Assembly: GCF_006345805.1 (NCBI RefSeq)
Contig: NC_042998.1
Location: 8,184,001 to 8,248,000 of the forward strand
DNA: 64,000 nt
From: Octopus sinensis
Lineage: Eukaryota
Reading direction: 5' to 3'
The notes beneath the pieces were generated by a model, which ran no database searches, was not told the origin of the DNA, and worked only from the letters and a program-made list of their open reading frames with translations. The position numbers and the translations under genes are program-made. Below, in pieces: positions 27,251 through 39,700 of the stretch; within the stretch, counting starts at the first letter, position 1, and every line of letters begins with the position of its first letter.

Positions 27251-27368
27251 GAAATTGTAGATATTCCAGTCTTTGGAATAGTAGGAGGAAGAGATGTTCA
27301 TCTTGTTGAAGTTTTGAATTTCTGAATTTCTTTTTCTTTTTCTCTAGGAATTTTTCTTTTCTTTTAAA

Positions 27369-27424
<56 letters not shown>

Positions 27425-27453
27425 CATCACCATCATCATCATCATCATCATCG

Positions 27454-27511
<58 letters not shown>

Positions 27512-27614
27512 TCATATTATTATTATTATTATTATTATTATATTTTTATTATTATTATCATCACCATCATCATCATCACATCATCATCATCATCATCATC
27601 ATTATTATTATTTT

Positions 27615-27645
<31 letters not shown>

Positions 27646-27678
27646 TTATCATCACCATCATCATCATCATCATCATCG

Positions 27679-27724
<46 letters not shown>

Positions 27725-27766
27725 TATTATTATATATTATTATTATTATTATCATCATCGTCATCA

Positions 27767-27846
<80 letters not shown>

Positions 27847-27866
27847 GTTTGTTATTATTATTATTA
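27369..27866. repeat. (ATT)n/(CAT)n microsatellite
   Basis: Direct inspection. Confidence 0.97.
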
Positions 27867-28190
27867 AGCTAACGAGCTGACAGAATTGTTAGCACGCTTC
27901 ACGTTCTGAGTTCAAATTCCGTTGTAGTCAGCTTTATCTTTCATCCTTTCAAGGTCGATAAAATAAGCACCACTGAAGCACTGGTGTTGAAGTAATCAAC
28001 TAAACTAGTTCCCAAAGTTCCAGGCCTTCTTGCTATAATGGAAAGGATTATTATGCTCAGCCTTCTCTCCTCCTCGTTTTCCACTGTTTTTAGAAGGAAA
28101 TATTGTTAAGCCCCTAAGGGAGTTTGTCTCCGCAATATTTAAACCGCCCAAGATGCACCAAAACGTCCTTACGACTCCGTCAAGATTTAC

Positions 28191-28510
28191 ACATGCACCC
28201 ACACACATACACACACATACACAAAGCTACACATATATATACATACATATATTCACACATACATACATACATACATGCACCCACACACATACACACACAT
28301 GCACAAAGCTACACATATATATACATACATATATTCACACATACATACATACATGCACCCATACACATACACACACATGCACAAAGCCACACATATATAT
28401 ACATATATTCACACATACATACATACATACATACACCCACACACATACACACACATGCACAAAGCTACACATATATACATACATATATTCACACATACAT
28501 ACATACATAC
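28191..28510. repeat. ~78-bp minisatellite x4 built from CA/TA-rich units
   Basis: CACAAAGC(T/C)ACACATATAT...TATTCACACATACATAC recurs four times. Confidence 0.8.
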
Positions 28511-29006
28511 ACACACATACATACATACATACATACATACATACATACATACATACATACATACATACATGCACACCCACCCACACGCATACGCATAAAA
28601 ATATTTATATTTGCATGCATGCGAGTAAGGAGGCATACCACAAGTCATAATATATATATGTCATGATAACCTTTTATAACATTATTTCTATCTACATAGA
28701 CATGCATTAGGCTAAAAAAATACTATACATATGATTCCTTAGTGGAATGTTCGCCTTCTGGAACGGATTACCAAGCGGAACTGACTTCTACATAGAAATT
28801 CAACCCGCACTTCATAAACCTGCCACGTATGCAGTAGGAATTTTCCAGCAGATTTTTTTACATTTTCATTTCCAGCGCCCTAGAACCCATATGTTGTAAA
28901 TTCGTGCAGGTTCGTGTTCTTCTTGTATATCAAATCCTTCTACAACTTATATTTCTATATAATATGAACATCATATCTTATATTCACTTGAAGGTTCTAT
29001 ACACAA

Positions 29007-29405
29007 CTAGCAGTATCGTCCGGCGTTGCTCGGGTTTGTAAGGGAAATAACTATATAAGCATTTTTAGAGATGTAAAGTATAATAGTCATCTCAATATGG
29101 CTAACCACAAAGGGGAGTGGTTACTGTAGCTTTTTACGTTTTGAGATTTAATAATAAATTTTTAGAGAGTTACTTCCCTTATATAATAGCAAAAAAATTC
29201 ATTAAAAATGGGAAAAATTGATGGTAATTTTTTTTTTAAATCGTAGACCCATCGTAGACGCGCGCTAATACCCAGAAGTGCTCGATATGAATCACGACTA
29301 TAAGATACTCGGTTTTGGTTAAACTGCACCGCAAAATGTGGGAGTAGTTAGGAATCTAAATCGTAGGAGACAGACAGCACACAACCTCACTTTTATATAT
29401 AAAGA
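29007..29405 (-). mobile_element. non-autonomous Helitron, same family as 10746-11145
   Basis: A|TC...CTAG|T termini and an almost identical minus-strand 5' half. Confidence 0.8.
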
Positions 29406-29923
29406 TATATCTTATTCGCAATTGTAATAGAAAATTCATTAGCTGAATTATTGTTGTTCTTAGAAGTTTTAGAGCTCGGACAAAAATCCCTTACGGTATT
29501 GGTTCCGGCATTTTCCTTTTCGTATTCAAATTTGGCCGAGGCCAACATTTTCTTTAAGCCTTTCGGGGTCGATAAATAAGGTGCCAGTTAAGTACTGGGG
29601 TCGACGGTATTGACTGAACTTTCCTACTTTTCCTCGTTAGAAGTGTAGAATGAAGAATCATGAAACGAGTTGTACAGGGTTGATATCTCAACTCTAACAC
29701 TTGTGGCAGGAATGGCCATTTGAGTGTTTTTTTTATCTTCAGAATCTAGAAAAGCCCAGAAAGTGATAGCGGAAGTGATAGCAGTAGAATCAACAATAAT
29801 AACAGAAACGTCTTCTGTCCCAACAGAATTGCCAGTCAAAGATCCAAAAATAGCGGAGGAGATTGTTTCGTTTTTAATTACAGATGAAGAGGTTGAAGCG
29901 CATCATACCACTAATACCAGTAA

Positions 29924-30165
29924 AGGCGCGTGGCTTGGTGGTCAGGGTATTCGGTTCAAGATCATATGGTTGTGAGTTCGATTCCCAGCGACGTGTTGTG
30001 GCCTTGAGCAAGACACTTTATTTCACGTTGCTCCAATCCACCCAACTGGTAAAAATGAGCTGTAACTGTTATTCAAAGGACCAGTCACGTCACACTATCT
30101 GTCACAATGAATTTCCCTGTGAACTATGTGAAGGATACGCGTGTCTGTAGATTACTCACCCACTA
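29924..30165 (+). mobile_element. SINE family A-related, diverged
   Basis: Head AGGCGCGTGGCTTGGTGGTCAGGG...GAGTTCGATTCCC. Confidence 0.65.
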
Positions 30166-30423
30166 GTATCATCAATGTAGTTAAGCAGTTTGTTATTAGG
30201 GTGTACCCAATTCACTAGATGAATTCATTAGTATCACAATTCCTTTTACCTGGATGACTATTAATATTTATATTGGAATGCAAATAGGTTAGGTGAATCG
30301 ATAAAACACTGCTGCTTTAACTATAGAATGGAAGGCATTTGATACTTGCTGAATGTTTCTTCACACTACACCTCTTTTGGGCCAGAAATGAAAAGGCCTG
30401 ATATTACCAAATATACCTTAAAG

Positions 30424-30905
30424 GCAGGGAGCTGGCAAAATTGTTTGCATGCCGGACAAAATGCTTAGTGGCATTTAGTGCATCTTTTTGCTCTAAGTTC
30501 AAATCCCGCTGACGTCGACTTTGCCTCTCATCCTTTTGGGGTCGATGAAATAAGCACCAGTAAGTACTGGGGTCAAAGCAATTGACTACCTGCTCTCTAC
30601 AAAATTTAGGGTTTAAAAATTTTTTTTACGAATGATGTCTTTTAGTAAAACGTAGTGAAGGGAGTGTCTACCTCGTATTTTTTTCTGCTGGAAATAGCCG
30701 AAGAATATCTCACAAAGCATGCATCCTATCTTAACACTCGTTAGTCACATTCATTTCTTTATTACCCACAGGGGCCTAAACATAGAGGGGACAAACAAGG
30801 ACAGACAAGTGGATTAAGTCGAATACATTGACCTCAGTGATTAACTGGTACTTATTTAATCGACCCCAAAAGGATGAAAGGCAAAGTCGGCCTTGGCGGA
30901 ATCGT
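30424..30905. mobile_element. SINE family B copies (forward ~30424-30610, reverse ~30765-30905)
   Basis: Family B core sequence on both strands. Confidence 0.7.
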
Positions 30906-31509
30906 TAGTCACATTGCGCTATCAAGTCTCAGATGCAGAATTCCTTTCCCACCACCACAAAAAAGAATGGTTTGATAATCACGGGTGGAAAAATCTTTCG
31001 AGATAGTCTGTTCTATGAGCACCCCGAACGGCAGGAAACAACAACAATACTGAAGGATCTTGTGTTTAATCAATCTAAAACAGCATTAAACTACTGCAAT
31101 TATTATCTTAATTATCAGTGTAATAATTATGAGTGTTTATGACCACTTGAAAGTATGATGATCACTTTGACATCATAATGACATAACAAAATATATAGAA
31201 ACCTTCTTTGTAAACTGTCACTTTGTTATCTTTTGATTATAGACAGACATAGTGTGAAAACAAAATGACTGTATCACAACCAAATGTCGTCCATAAATAG
31301 GAGACATAAAATATATATACTAGAACGCAATTACAATGCGGTGGGAAGTCGACAGCAATTAAGTTAAAGTGATCCTTTCATGAAAATGCTCAAAAATATC
31401 ACACATATTATGTACTAGTTATAGGAGTGTACATGTAATTATGTATGTATCTTTGTATGTACGTATTTGTGTGTGTAAGTGTGTGTGTCTGATAAATATT
31501 CTGGTGAGA

Positions 31510-31770
31510 GTACATGGCTTAATGGTTAGGGTTTTGCACTTATGATCGCGAGATCATGATTTCAATTCCTAGACGGGGTGGTGCGTTGTGTTCTTGAGCA
31601 AAACATTTCATTCCACGCTGCTCTGCGATCACTTCGACACCTGACGTGTGGTACACAGTGCACCTGTTCAGATAACGTCGATTTGATGAAAAGAGTGAGC
31701 TTATGTGCGGCACGAACACTTGATCACAATAAACAAATTGTTTGTGCAGGTAGTCCGGCAAAATCTGAAC
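31510..31770 (+). mobile_element. tRNA-derived SINE, diverged
   Basis: Head TGGCTTAATGGTTAGGG...ATTTCAATTCC, followed by GTGTTCTTGAGCAAAACA as in 15120-15383. Confidence 0.6.
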
Positions 31771-32146
31771 GCTCATTCTTCGACTGTTTTCGTTACGCTA
31801 GCACCTGCGATACGAACACCAACAAGTTGACCTCTTTGAAAGTTAATAGATCTGTCATTTTAATGAATTTTAATTACCTGTTTTCTGATTATATCGGAAA
31901 AGAAACAGCAATTTTAGCAAAACATATTAAGCAACACTAATAATATGTTAAAAAGCATAAAAAGAAATAAGCTTTTGATGGTTTTATACATATTTCAAAA
32001 TTATGCTTAGGTGTTTCTATTATTTTATCCAACCCTTGAAAATATATATATATATATATAATGACACTTATATTTGAACACTATACAAATATTCTTTTAA
32101 ATAAACTTTTCTTTTAATTTTTCTAAATTTAATTTTTTAATTGTTA

Positions 32147-32183
32147 CAGTTGAAAAGGGCTTAAATGACCGAAACCGGTACTG
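32147..32183 (+). ncRNA. putative minimal type I hammerhead ribozyme (Penelope-type), U3-A8 core variant
   Basis: CAG-UUGAAAA-GGGC UUAAAU GACC-GAAA-CCGG-UA/CUG. Stem I is CAG/CUG and extendable, stem II has one G.A mismatch, stem III is the palindrome ACCGGU. Confidence 0.5.
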
Positions 32184-32345
32184 AAATGGTTTTTATAAAA
32201 TTATTTTAGCATTAGTCCCGGACAAACCACCCACACCCAGATATGTCACCGCAAACAATAACCCTCCGCTCGAATGGGCATTGGTGCCCAAATCCTGAAT
32301 TGAAAACTTTCTAAGTTATTCTAAGTTATATATATATATATATAT

Positions 32346-32914
32346 ATTTATATATAGAGGGCATTATACATACATGCCAGAAGGCATTATACATACATGC
32401 CAAACGCTAAGAGGGACAATTAGTCATTTCTACCAAAAATATTACTAATCCCACCGAATGCAATTTTTCAAAGTAAGACATTTAAAAAAATATAGACCTG
32501 TATCACAGTGATTTCATACTTACGTACTCATCAGCAGGCCTGAATGTATTATAAATAAACAACGACCCTGCCCGCTTAAGCCGATCAGCTAACTGCTCAA
32601 CATCAACGAAGCACATGGGTGAGTTTACATATATTACATCCGGATAAATGGCAAACTTTTACGAATTGCATTTCGGGAGAGGAAAAGGTTTTTCGGAATA
32701 AAAATTTAGCAATTAAGGACAACTACTTAATAAGGAAAACTTAACAAGAAATTGTCAGGTAGATAGCGTAAAAACCTCATAAGAGAAAAAATTTCGAAAA
32801 TAATTATTTCTTATTGAACATATTAATTTATATATAGAGGGCATTATACATACATGCCAGAAGGCATTATACATACATGCCAAACGCTAAGAGGGACAAT
32901 TAGTCATTTCTACC
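32346..32914 (-). repeat. inverted block of the 480-bp unit (one full unit plus 89 bp)
   Basis: Reverse complement of the array unit. Period 480 (32346 to 32826). Starts in (TA)n and switches orientation at ~32915. Confidence 0.95.
32494..32541 (-). ncRNA. type I hammerhead ribozyme motif (inverted copy)
   Basis: Minus strand reads AGGCCUG CUGAUGA GUAC GUAA GUAU GAAA UCAC U GUGA UA CAGGUCU, with an intact core. Confidence 0.88.
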
Positions 32915-33676
32915 ATTTTTTCGAAATTTTTTCTCTTATGAGGTTTTTACGCTATCTACCTGACAATTTCTTGTTAAGTTTTCCTTATTAAGTAGTTGTC
33001 CTTAATTGCTAAATTTTTATTCCGAAAAAACCTTTCCTCTCCCGAAATGCAATTCGTAAAAGTTTGCCATTTATCCGGATGTAATATATGTAAACTCACC
33101 CATGTGCTTCGTTGATGTTGAGCAGTTAGCTGATCGGCTTAAGCGGGGCAGGGTCGTTGTTTATTTATAATACATTCAGGCCTGCTGATGAGTACGTAAG
33201 TATGAAATCACTGTGACACAGGTCTATATTTTTTTAAATGTCTTACTTTGAAAAATTGCATTCAGTGGGAGTATAATATTTTTGGTAGAAATGACTAATT
33301 GTCCCTCTTAGCGTTTGGCATGTATGTATAATGCCTTCTGGCATGTATGTATAATGCCTTCTGGCATGTATGTATAATGCCCTCTATATATAAATTAATA
33401 TGTTCAATAAGAAATAATTATTTTCGAAATTTTTCTCTTATGAGGTTTTACGCTATCTACCTGACAATTTCTTGTTAAGTTTTCCTTATTAAGTAGTTGT
33501 CCTTAATTGCTAAATTTTTATTCCGAAAAAACTTTTCCTCTCCCGAAATGCAATTCGTAAAAGTTTGCCATTATCGGATGTAATATATGTAAACTCACCC
33601 ATGTGCTTCGTTGATGTTGATCAGTTAGCTGATCGGCTTAAGCGGGGCAGGGTCGTTGTTTATTTATAATACATTC

Positions 33677-33724
33677 AGGCCTGCTGATGAGTACGTAAGT
33701 ATGAAATCACTGTGATACAGGTCT
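33677..33724 (+). ncRNA. type I hammerhead ribozyme motif, representative intact copy; predicted cleavage between 33717 and 33718
   Basis: Stem I AGGCCUG/CAGGUCU, core CUGAUGA, stem II GUAC-GUAA-GUAU, GAAA, stem III AUCA-CUG-UGAU, cleavage triplet AUA (NUH). Confidence 0.9.
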
Positions 33725-36700
33725 ATATTTTTTTAAATGTCTTACTTTGAAAAATGCATTCGGTGGGATTAGTAAATTTTTGGTAGAAATGACTAATTGT
33801 CCCTCTTAGCGTTTGGCATGTATGTATAATGCCTTCTGGCATGTATGTATAATGCCCTCTATATATAAATTAATATGTTCAATAAGAAATAATTATTTTC
33901 GAAATTTTTCTCTTATGAGGTTTTTACGCTATCTACCTGACAATTTCTTGTTAAGTTTTCCTTATTAAGTAGTTGTCCTTAATTGCTAAATTTTTATTCC
34001 GAAAAACCTTTTCCTCTCCCGAAATGCAATTCGTAAAAGTTTGCCATTTATCCGGATGTAATATATGTAAACTCACCCATGTGCTTCGTTGATGTTGATC
34101 AGTTAGCTGATCGGCTTAAGCGGGCAGGGTCGTTGTTATTTATAATACATTCAGGCCTGCTGATGATTACGTAAGTATGAAATCACTGTGATACAGGTCT
34201 ATATTTTTTAAATGTCTTACTTTGAAAAATTGCATTCGGTGGGATTAGTAATATTTTTGGTAGAAATGACTATTGTCCCTCTTAGCGTTGGCATGTATGT
34301 ATAATGCCTTCTGGCATGTATGTATAATGCCCTCTATATATAAATTAATATGTTCAATAAGAAATAATTATTTTCGAAATTTTTTCTCTTATGAGTTTTT
34401 ACGCTATCTACCTGACAATTTCTTGTTAAGTTTCCTTATTAAGTAGTTGTCCTTAATTGCTAAATTTTTATTCCGAAAAAACTTTCCTCTCCCGAAATGC
34501 AATTCGTAAAAGTTTGCCATTTATCCGGATTTAATATATGTAAACTCACCCATGTGCTTCGTTGATGTTGAGCAGTTAGCTGATCGGCTTAAGCGGCGCA
34601 GGGTCGTTGTTTATTTATAATACATTCAGGCCTGCTGATGAGTACGTAAGTATGAAATCACTGTGATACAGGTCTATATTTTTTTAAATGTCTTACTTTG
34701 AAAAATTGCATTCGGTGGGATTAGTAATATTTTGGTAGAAATGACTAATTGTCCCTCTTAGCGTTTGGCATGTATGTATAATGCCTCCTGGCATGTATGT
34801 ATAATGCCCTCTATATATAAATTAATATGTTCAATAAGAAATAATTATTTTCGAAATTTTTTCTCTTATGAGGTTTTTACGCTATCTACCTGACAATTTC
34901 TTGTTAAGTTTTCCTTATTAAGTAGTTGTCCTTAATTGCTAAATTTTTATTCCGAAAAACCTTTTCCTCTCCCGAAATGCAATTCGTAAAAGTTTGCCAT
35001 TTATCCGGATGTAATATATGTAAACTCACCCATGTGCTTCGTTGATGTTGAGCAGTTAGCTGATCGGCTTAAGCGGGGCAGGGTCGTTGTTTATTTATAA
35101 TACATTCAGGCCTGCTGATGATTACGTAAGTATGAAATCACTGTGATACAGGTCTATATTTTTTTAAATGTCTTACTTTGAAAAATTGCATTCGGTGGGA
35201 TTAGTAATATTTTTGGTAGAAATGACTAATTGTCCCTCTTAGCGTTTGGCATGTATGTATAATGCCTTCTGGCATGTATGTATAATGCCCTCTATATATA
35301 AATTAATATGTTCAATAAGAAATAATTATTTTCGAAATTTTTTCTCTTATGAGGTTTTACGCTATCTACCTGACAATTTCTTGTTAAGTTTTCCTTATTA
35401 AGTAGTTGTCCTTAATTGCTAAATTTTTATTCCGAAAAACTTTTCCTCTCCCGAAATGCAATTCGTAAAAGTTTGCCATTATCCGGATGTAATATATGTA
35501 AACTCACCCATGTGCTTCGTTGATGTGAGCAGTTAGCTGATCGGCTTAAGCGCGGGCAGGGTCGTTGTTTATTTATAATACATTCAGGCCTGCTGATGAG
35601 TACGTAAGTATGAAATCACTGTGATACAGGTCTATATTTTTTAAATGTCTTACTTTGAAAAATTGCATTCGGTGGGATTAGTAATATTTTTGGTAGAAAT
35701 GACTAATTGTCCCTCTTAGCGTTTGGCATGTATGTATAATGCCTTCTGCATGCATGTATGTAATATAATGCCCTCTATATATAAATTAATATGTTCAATA
35801 AGAAATAATTATTTTCGAAATTTTTTCTCTTATGAGGTTTTTACGCTATCTACCTGACAATTTCTTGTTAAGTTTTCCTTATTAAGTAGTTGTCCTTAAT
35901 TGCTAAATTTTTATTCCGAAAAACCTTTTCCTCTCCCGAAATGCAATTCGTAAAAGTTTGCCATTTATCCGGATGTAATATATGTAAACTCACCCATGTG
36001 CTTCGTTGATGTTGATCAGTTAGCTGATCGGCTTAAGCGGGGCAGGGTCGTGTTTATTTATAATACATTCAGGCCTTCTGATGAGTACGTAAGTATGAAA
36101 TCACTGTGATACAGGTCTATATTTTTTTAAATGTCTTACTTTGAAAAATTGCATTCGGTGGGATTAGTAATATTTTTGGTAGAAAGAAATGACTTGTCCT
36201 CTTAGCGTTGGCATGTATGTATAATGCCTTCTGGCATGTATGTATAATGCCCTCTATATATAAATTAATATGTTCAATAAGAAATAATTATTTTCGAAAT
36301 TTTTTCTCTTATGAGGTTTTTACGCTATCTACCTGACAATTTCTTGTTAAGTTTTCCTTATTAAGTAGTTGTCCTTAATTGCTTAAATTTTTATTCCGAA
36401 AAACCTTTCCTCTCCCGAAATGCAATTCGTAAAAGTTGCCATTTATCCGGATGTAATATATGTAAACTCACCCATGTGCTTCGTTGATGTTGATCAGTTA
36501 GCTGATCGGCTTAAGCGGGGCAGGGTCGTTGTTTATTTATAATACATTCAGGCCTGCTGATGATTACGTAAGTATGAAATCACTGTGATACAGGTCTATA
36601 TTTTTTTAAATGTCTTACTTTGAAAAATTGCATTCGGTGGGATTAGTAATATTTTGGTAGAAATGACTATTGTCCCTCTTAGCGTTTGGCATGTATGTAT

Positions 36701-39700
36701 AATGCCTCCTGGCATGTATGTATAATGCCCTCTATATATAAATTAATATGTTCAATAAGAAATAATTATTTTCGAAATTTTTTCTCTTATGAGGTTTTTA
36801 CGCTATCTACCTGACAATTTCTTGTTAAGTTTTCCTTATTAAGTAGTTGTCCTTAATTGCTAAATTTTTATTCCGAAAAACTTTTCCTCTCCCGAAATGC
36901 AATTCGTAAAAGTTTGCCATTCATCCGGATGTAATATATGTAAACTCACCCATGTGCTTCGTTGATGTTGATCAGTTAGCTGATCGGCTTAAGCGGGGCA
37001 GGGTCGTTGTTTATTTATAATACATTCAGGCCTGCTGATGATTACGTAAGTATGAAATCACTGTGATACAGGTCTATATTTTTTAAATGTCTTACTTTGA
37101 AAAATTGCATTCGGTGGGATTAGTAATATTTTTGGTAGAAATGACTAATTGTCCCTCTTAGCGTTTGGCATGTATGTATAATGCCTCCTGGCATGTATGT
37201 ATAATGCCCTCTATATATAAATTAATATGTTCAATAAGAAATAATTATTTTCGAAATTTTTCTCTTATGAGGTTTTTACGCTATCTACCTGACAATTTCT
37301 TGTTAAGTTTTCCTTATTAAGTAGTTGTCCTTAATTGCTAAATTTTTATTCCGAAAAAACTTTTCCTCTCCCGAAATGCAATTCGTAAAAGTTTGCCATT
37401 ATCCGGATGTAATATATATAAACTCACCCATGTGCTTCGTTGATGTTGAGCAGTTAGCTGATCGGCTTAAGCGGGGCAGGGTCGTTGTTTATTTATAATA
37501 CATTCAGGCCTGCTGATGATTACGTAAGTATGAAATCACTGTGATACAGGTCTATATTTTTTAAATGTCTTACTTTGAAAAATTGCATTCGGTGGGATTA
37601 GTAATATTTTGGTAGAAATGACTGATTGTCCCTCTTAGCGTTTGGCATGTATGTATAATGCCTTCTGGCATGTATGTATAATGCCCTCTATATATAAATT
37701 AATATGTTCAATAAGAAATAATTATTTTCGAAATTTTTCTCTTATGAGGTTTTTACGCTATCTACCTGACAATTTCTTGTTAAGTTTTCCTTATTAAGTA
37801 GTTGTCCTTAATTGCTAAATTTTTATTCCGAAAAAACTTTTCCTCTCCCGAAATGCAATTCGTAAAAGTTTGCCATTCATCCGGATGTAATATATGTAAA
37901 CTCACCCATGTGCTTCGTTGATGTTGATCAGTTAGCTGATCGGCTTAAGCGGGGCAGGGTCGTTGTTTATTTATAATACATTCAGGCCTGCTGATGATTA
38001 CGTAAGTATGAAATCACTGTGATACAGGTATATTTTTTTAAATGTCTTACTTTGAAAAATTGCATTCGGTGGGATTAGTAATATTTTTGGTAGAAATGAC
38101 TGATTGTCCCTCTTAGCGTTTGGCATGTATGTATAATGCCTTCTGGCATGTATGTATAATGCCCTCTATATATAAATTAATATGTTCAATAAGAAATAAT
38201 TATTTTCGAAATTTTTTCTCTTATGAGGTTTTTACGCTATCTACCTGACAATTTCTTGTTAAGTTTTCCTTATTAAGTAGTTGTCCTTAATTGCTAAATT
38301 TTTATTCCGAAAAAACTTTTCCTCTCCCGAAATGCAATTCGTAAAAGTTTGCCATTATCCGGATTTAATATATAAACTCACCCATGTGCTTCGTTGATGT
38401 TGAGCAGTTAGCTGATCGGCTTAAGCGAGGCAGGGTCGTTGTTTATTTATATACATTCAGGCCTGCTGATGATTACGTAAGTATGAAATCACTGTGATAC
38501 AGGTCTATATTTTTTAAATGTCTTACTTTGAAAAATTGCATTCGGTGGGATTAGTAATATTTTGGTGGTAGAAATGACTAATTGTCCCTCTTAGCGTTTG
38601 GCATGTATGTATATAATGCCTCTGGCATGTATGTATAATGCCCTCTATATATAAATTAATATGTTCAATAAGAAATAATTATTTTCGAAATTTTTTCTCT
38701 TATGAGGTTTTTACGCTATCTACCTGACAATTTCTTGTTAAGTTTTCCTTATTAAGTAGTTGTCCTTAATTGCTAAATTTTTATTCCGAAAAACTTTTTC
38801 TCTCCGAAATGCAATTCGTTTGTAAAAGTTTGCCATTTATCCGGATGTAATATATATAAACTCACCCATGTGCTTCGTTGATGTTGATCAGTTAGCTGAT
38901 CGGCTTAAGCGGGGCAGGGTCGTTGTTTATTTATAATACATTCAGGCCTGCTGATGATTACGTAAGTATGAAATCACTGTGATACAGGTCTATATTTTTA
39001 AATGTCTTACTTTGAAAAATTGCATTCGGTGGGTGGATTAGTAATATTTTTGGTAGAAATGACTGATTGTCCCTCTTAGCGTTTGGCATGTATGTATAAT
39101 GCCTTCTGGCATGTATGTATAATTGCCCTCTATATATAAATTAATATGTTCAATAAGAAATAATTATTTTCGAAATTTTTTCTCTTATGAGGTTTTTACG
39201 CTATCTACCTGACAATTTCTTGTTAAGTTTTCCTTATTAAGTAGTTGTCCTTAATTGCTAAATTTTTATTCCGAAAAACCTTTCCTCTCCCGAAATGCAA
39301 TTCGTAAAAGTTTGCCATTCATCCGGATGTAATATATAAACTCACCCATGTGCTTCGTTGATGTTGAGCAGTTAGCTGATCGGCTTAAGCGGGCAGGGTC
39401 GTTGTTTATTTATAATACATTCAGGCCTGCTGATGATTACGTAAGTATGAAATCACTGTGATACAGGTCTATATTTTTAAATGTCTTACTTTGAAAAATT
39501 GCATTCGGTGGGATTAGTAATATTTTTGGTAGTAGAAATGACTGATTGTCCCTCTTAGCGTTTGGCATGTATGTATAATGCCTTCTGGCATGTATGTATA
39601 ATGCCCTCTATATATAAATTAATATGTTCAATAAGAAATAATTATTTTCGAAATTTTTTCTCTCTTATGAGGTTTTTACGCTATCTACCTGACAATTTCT

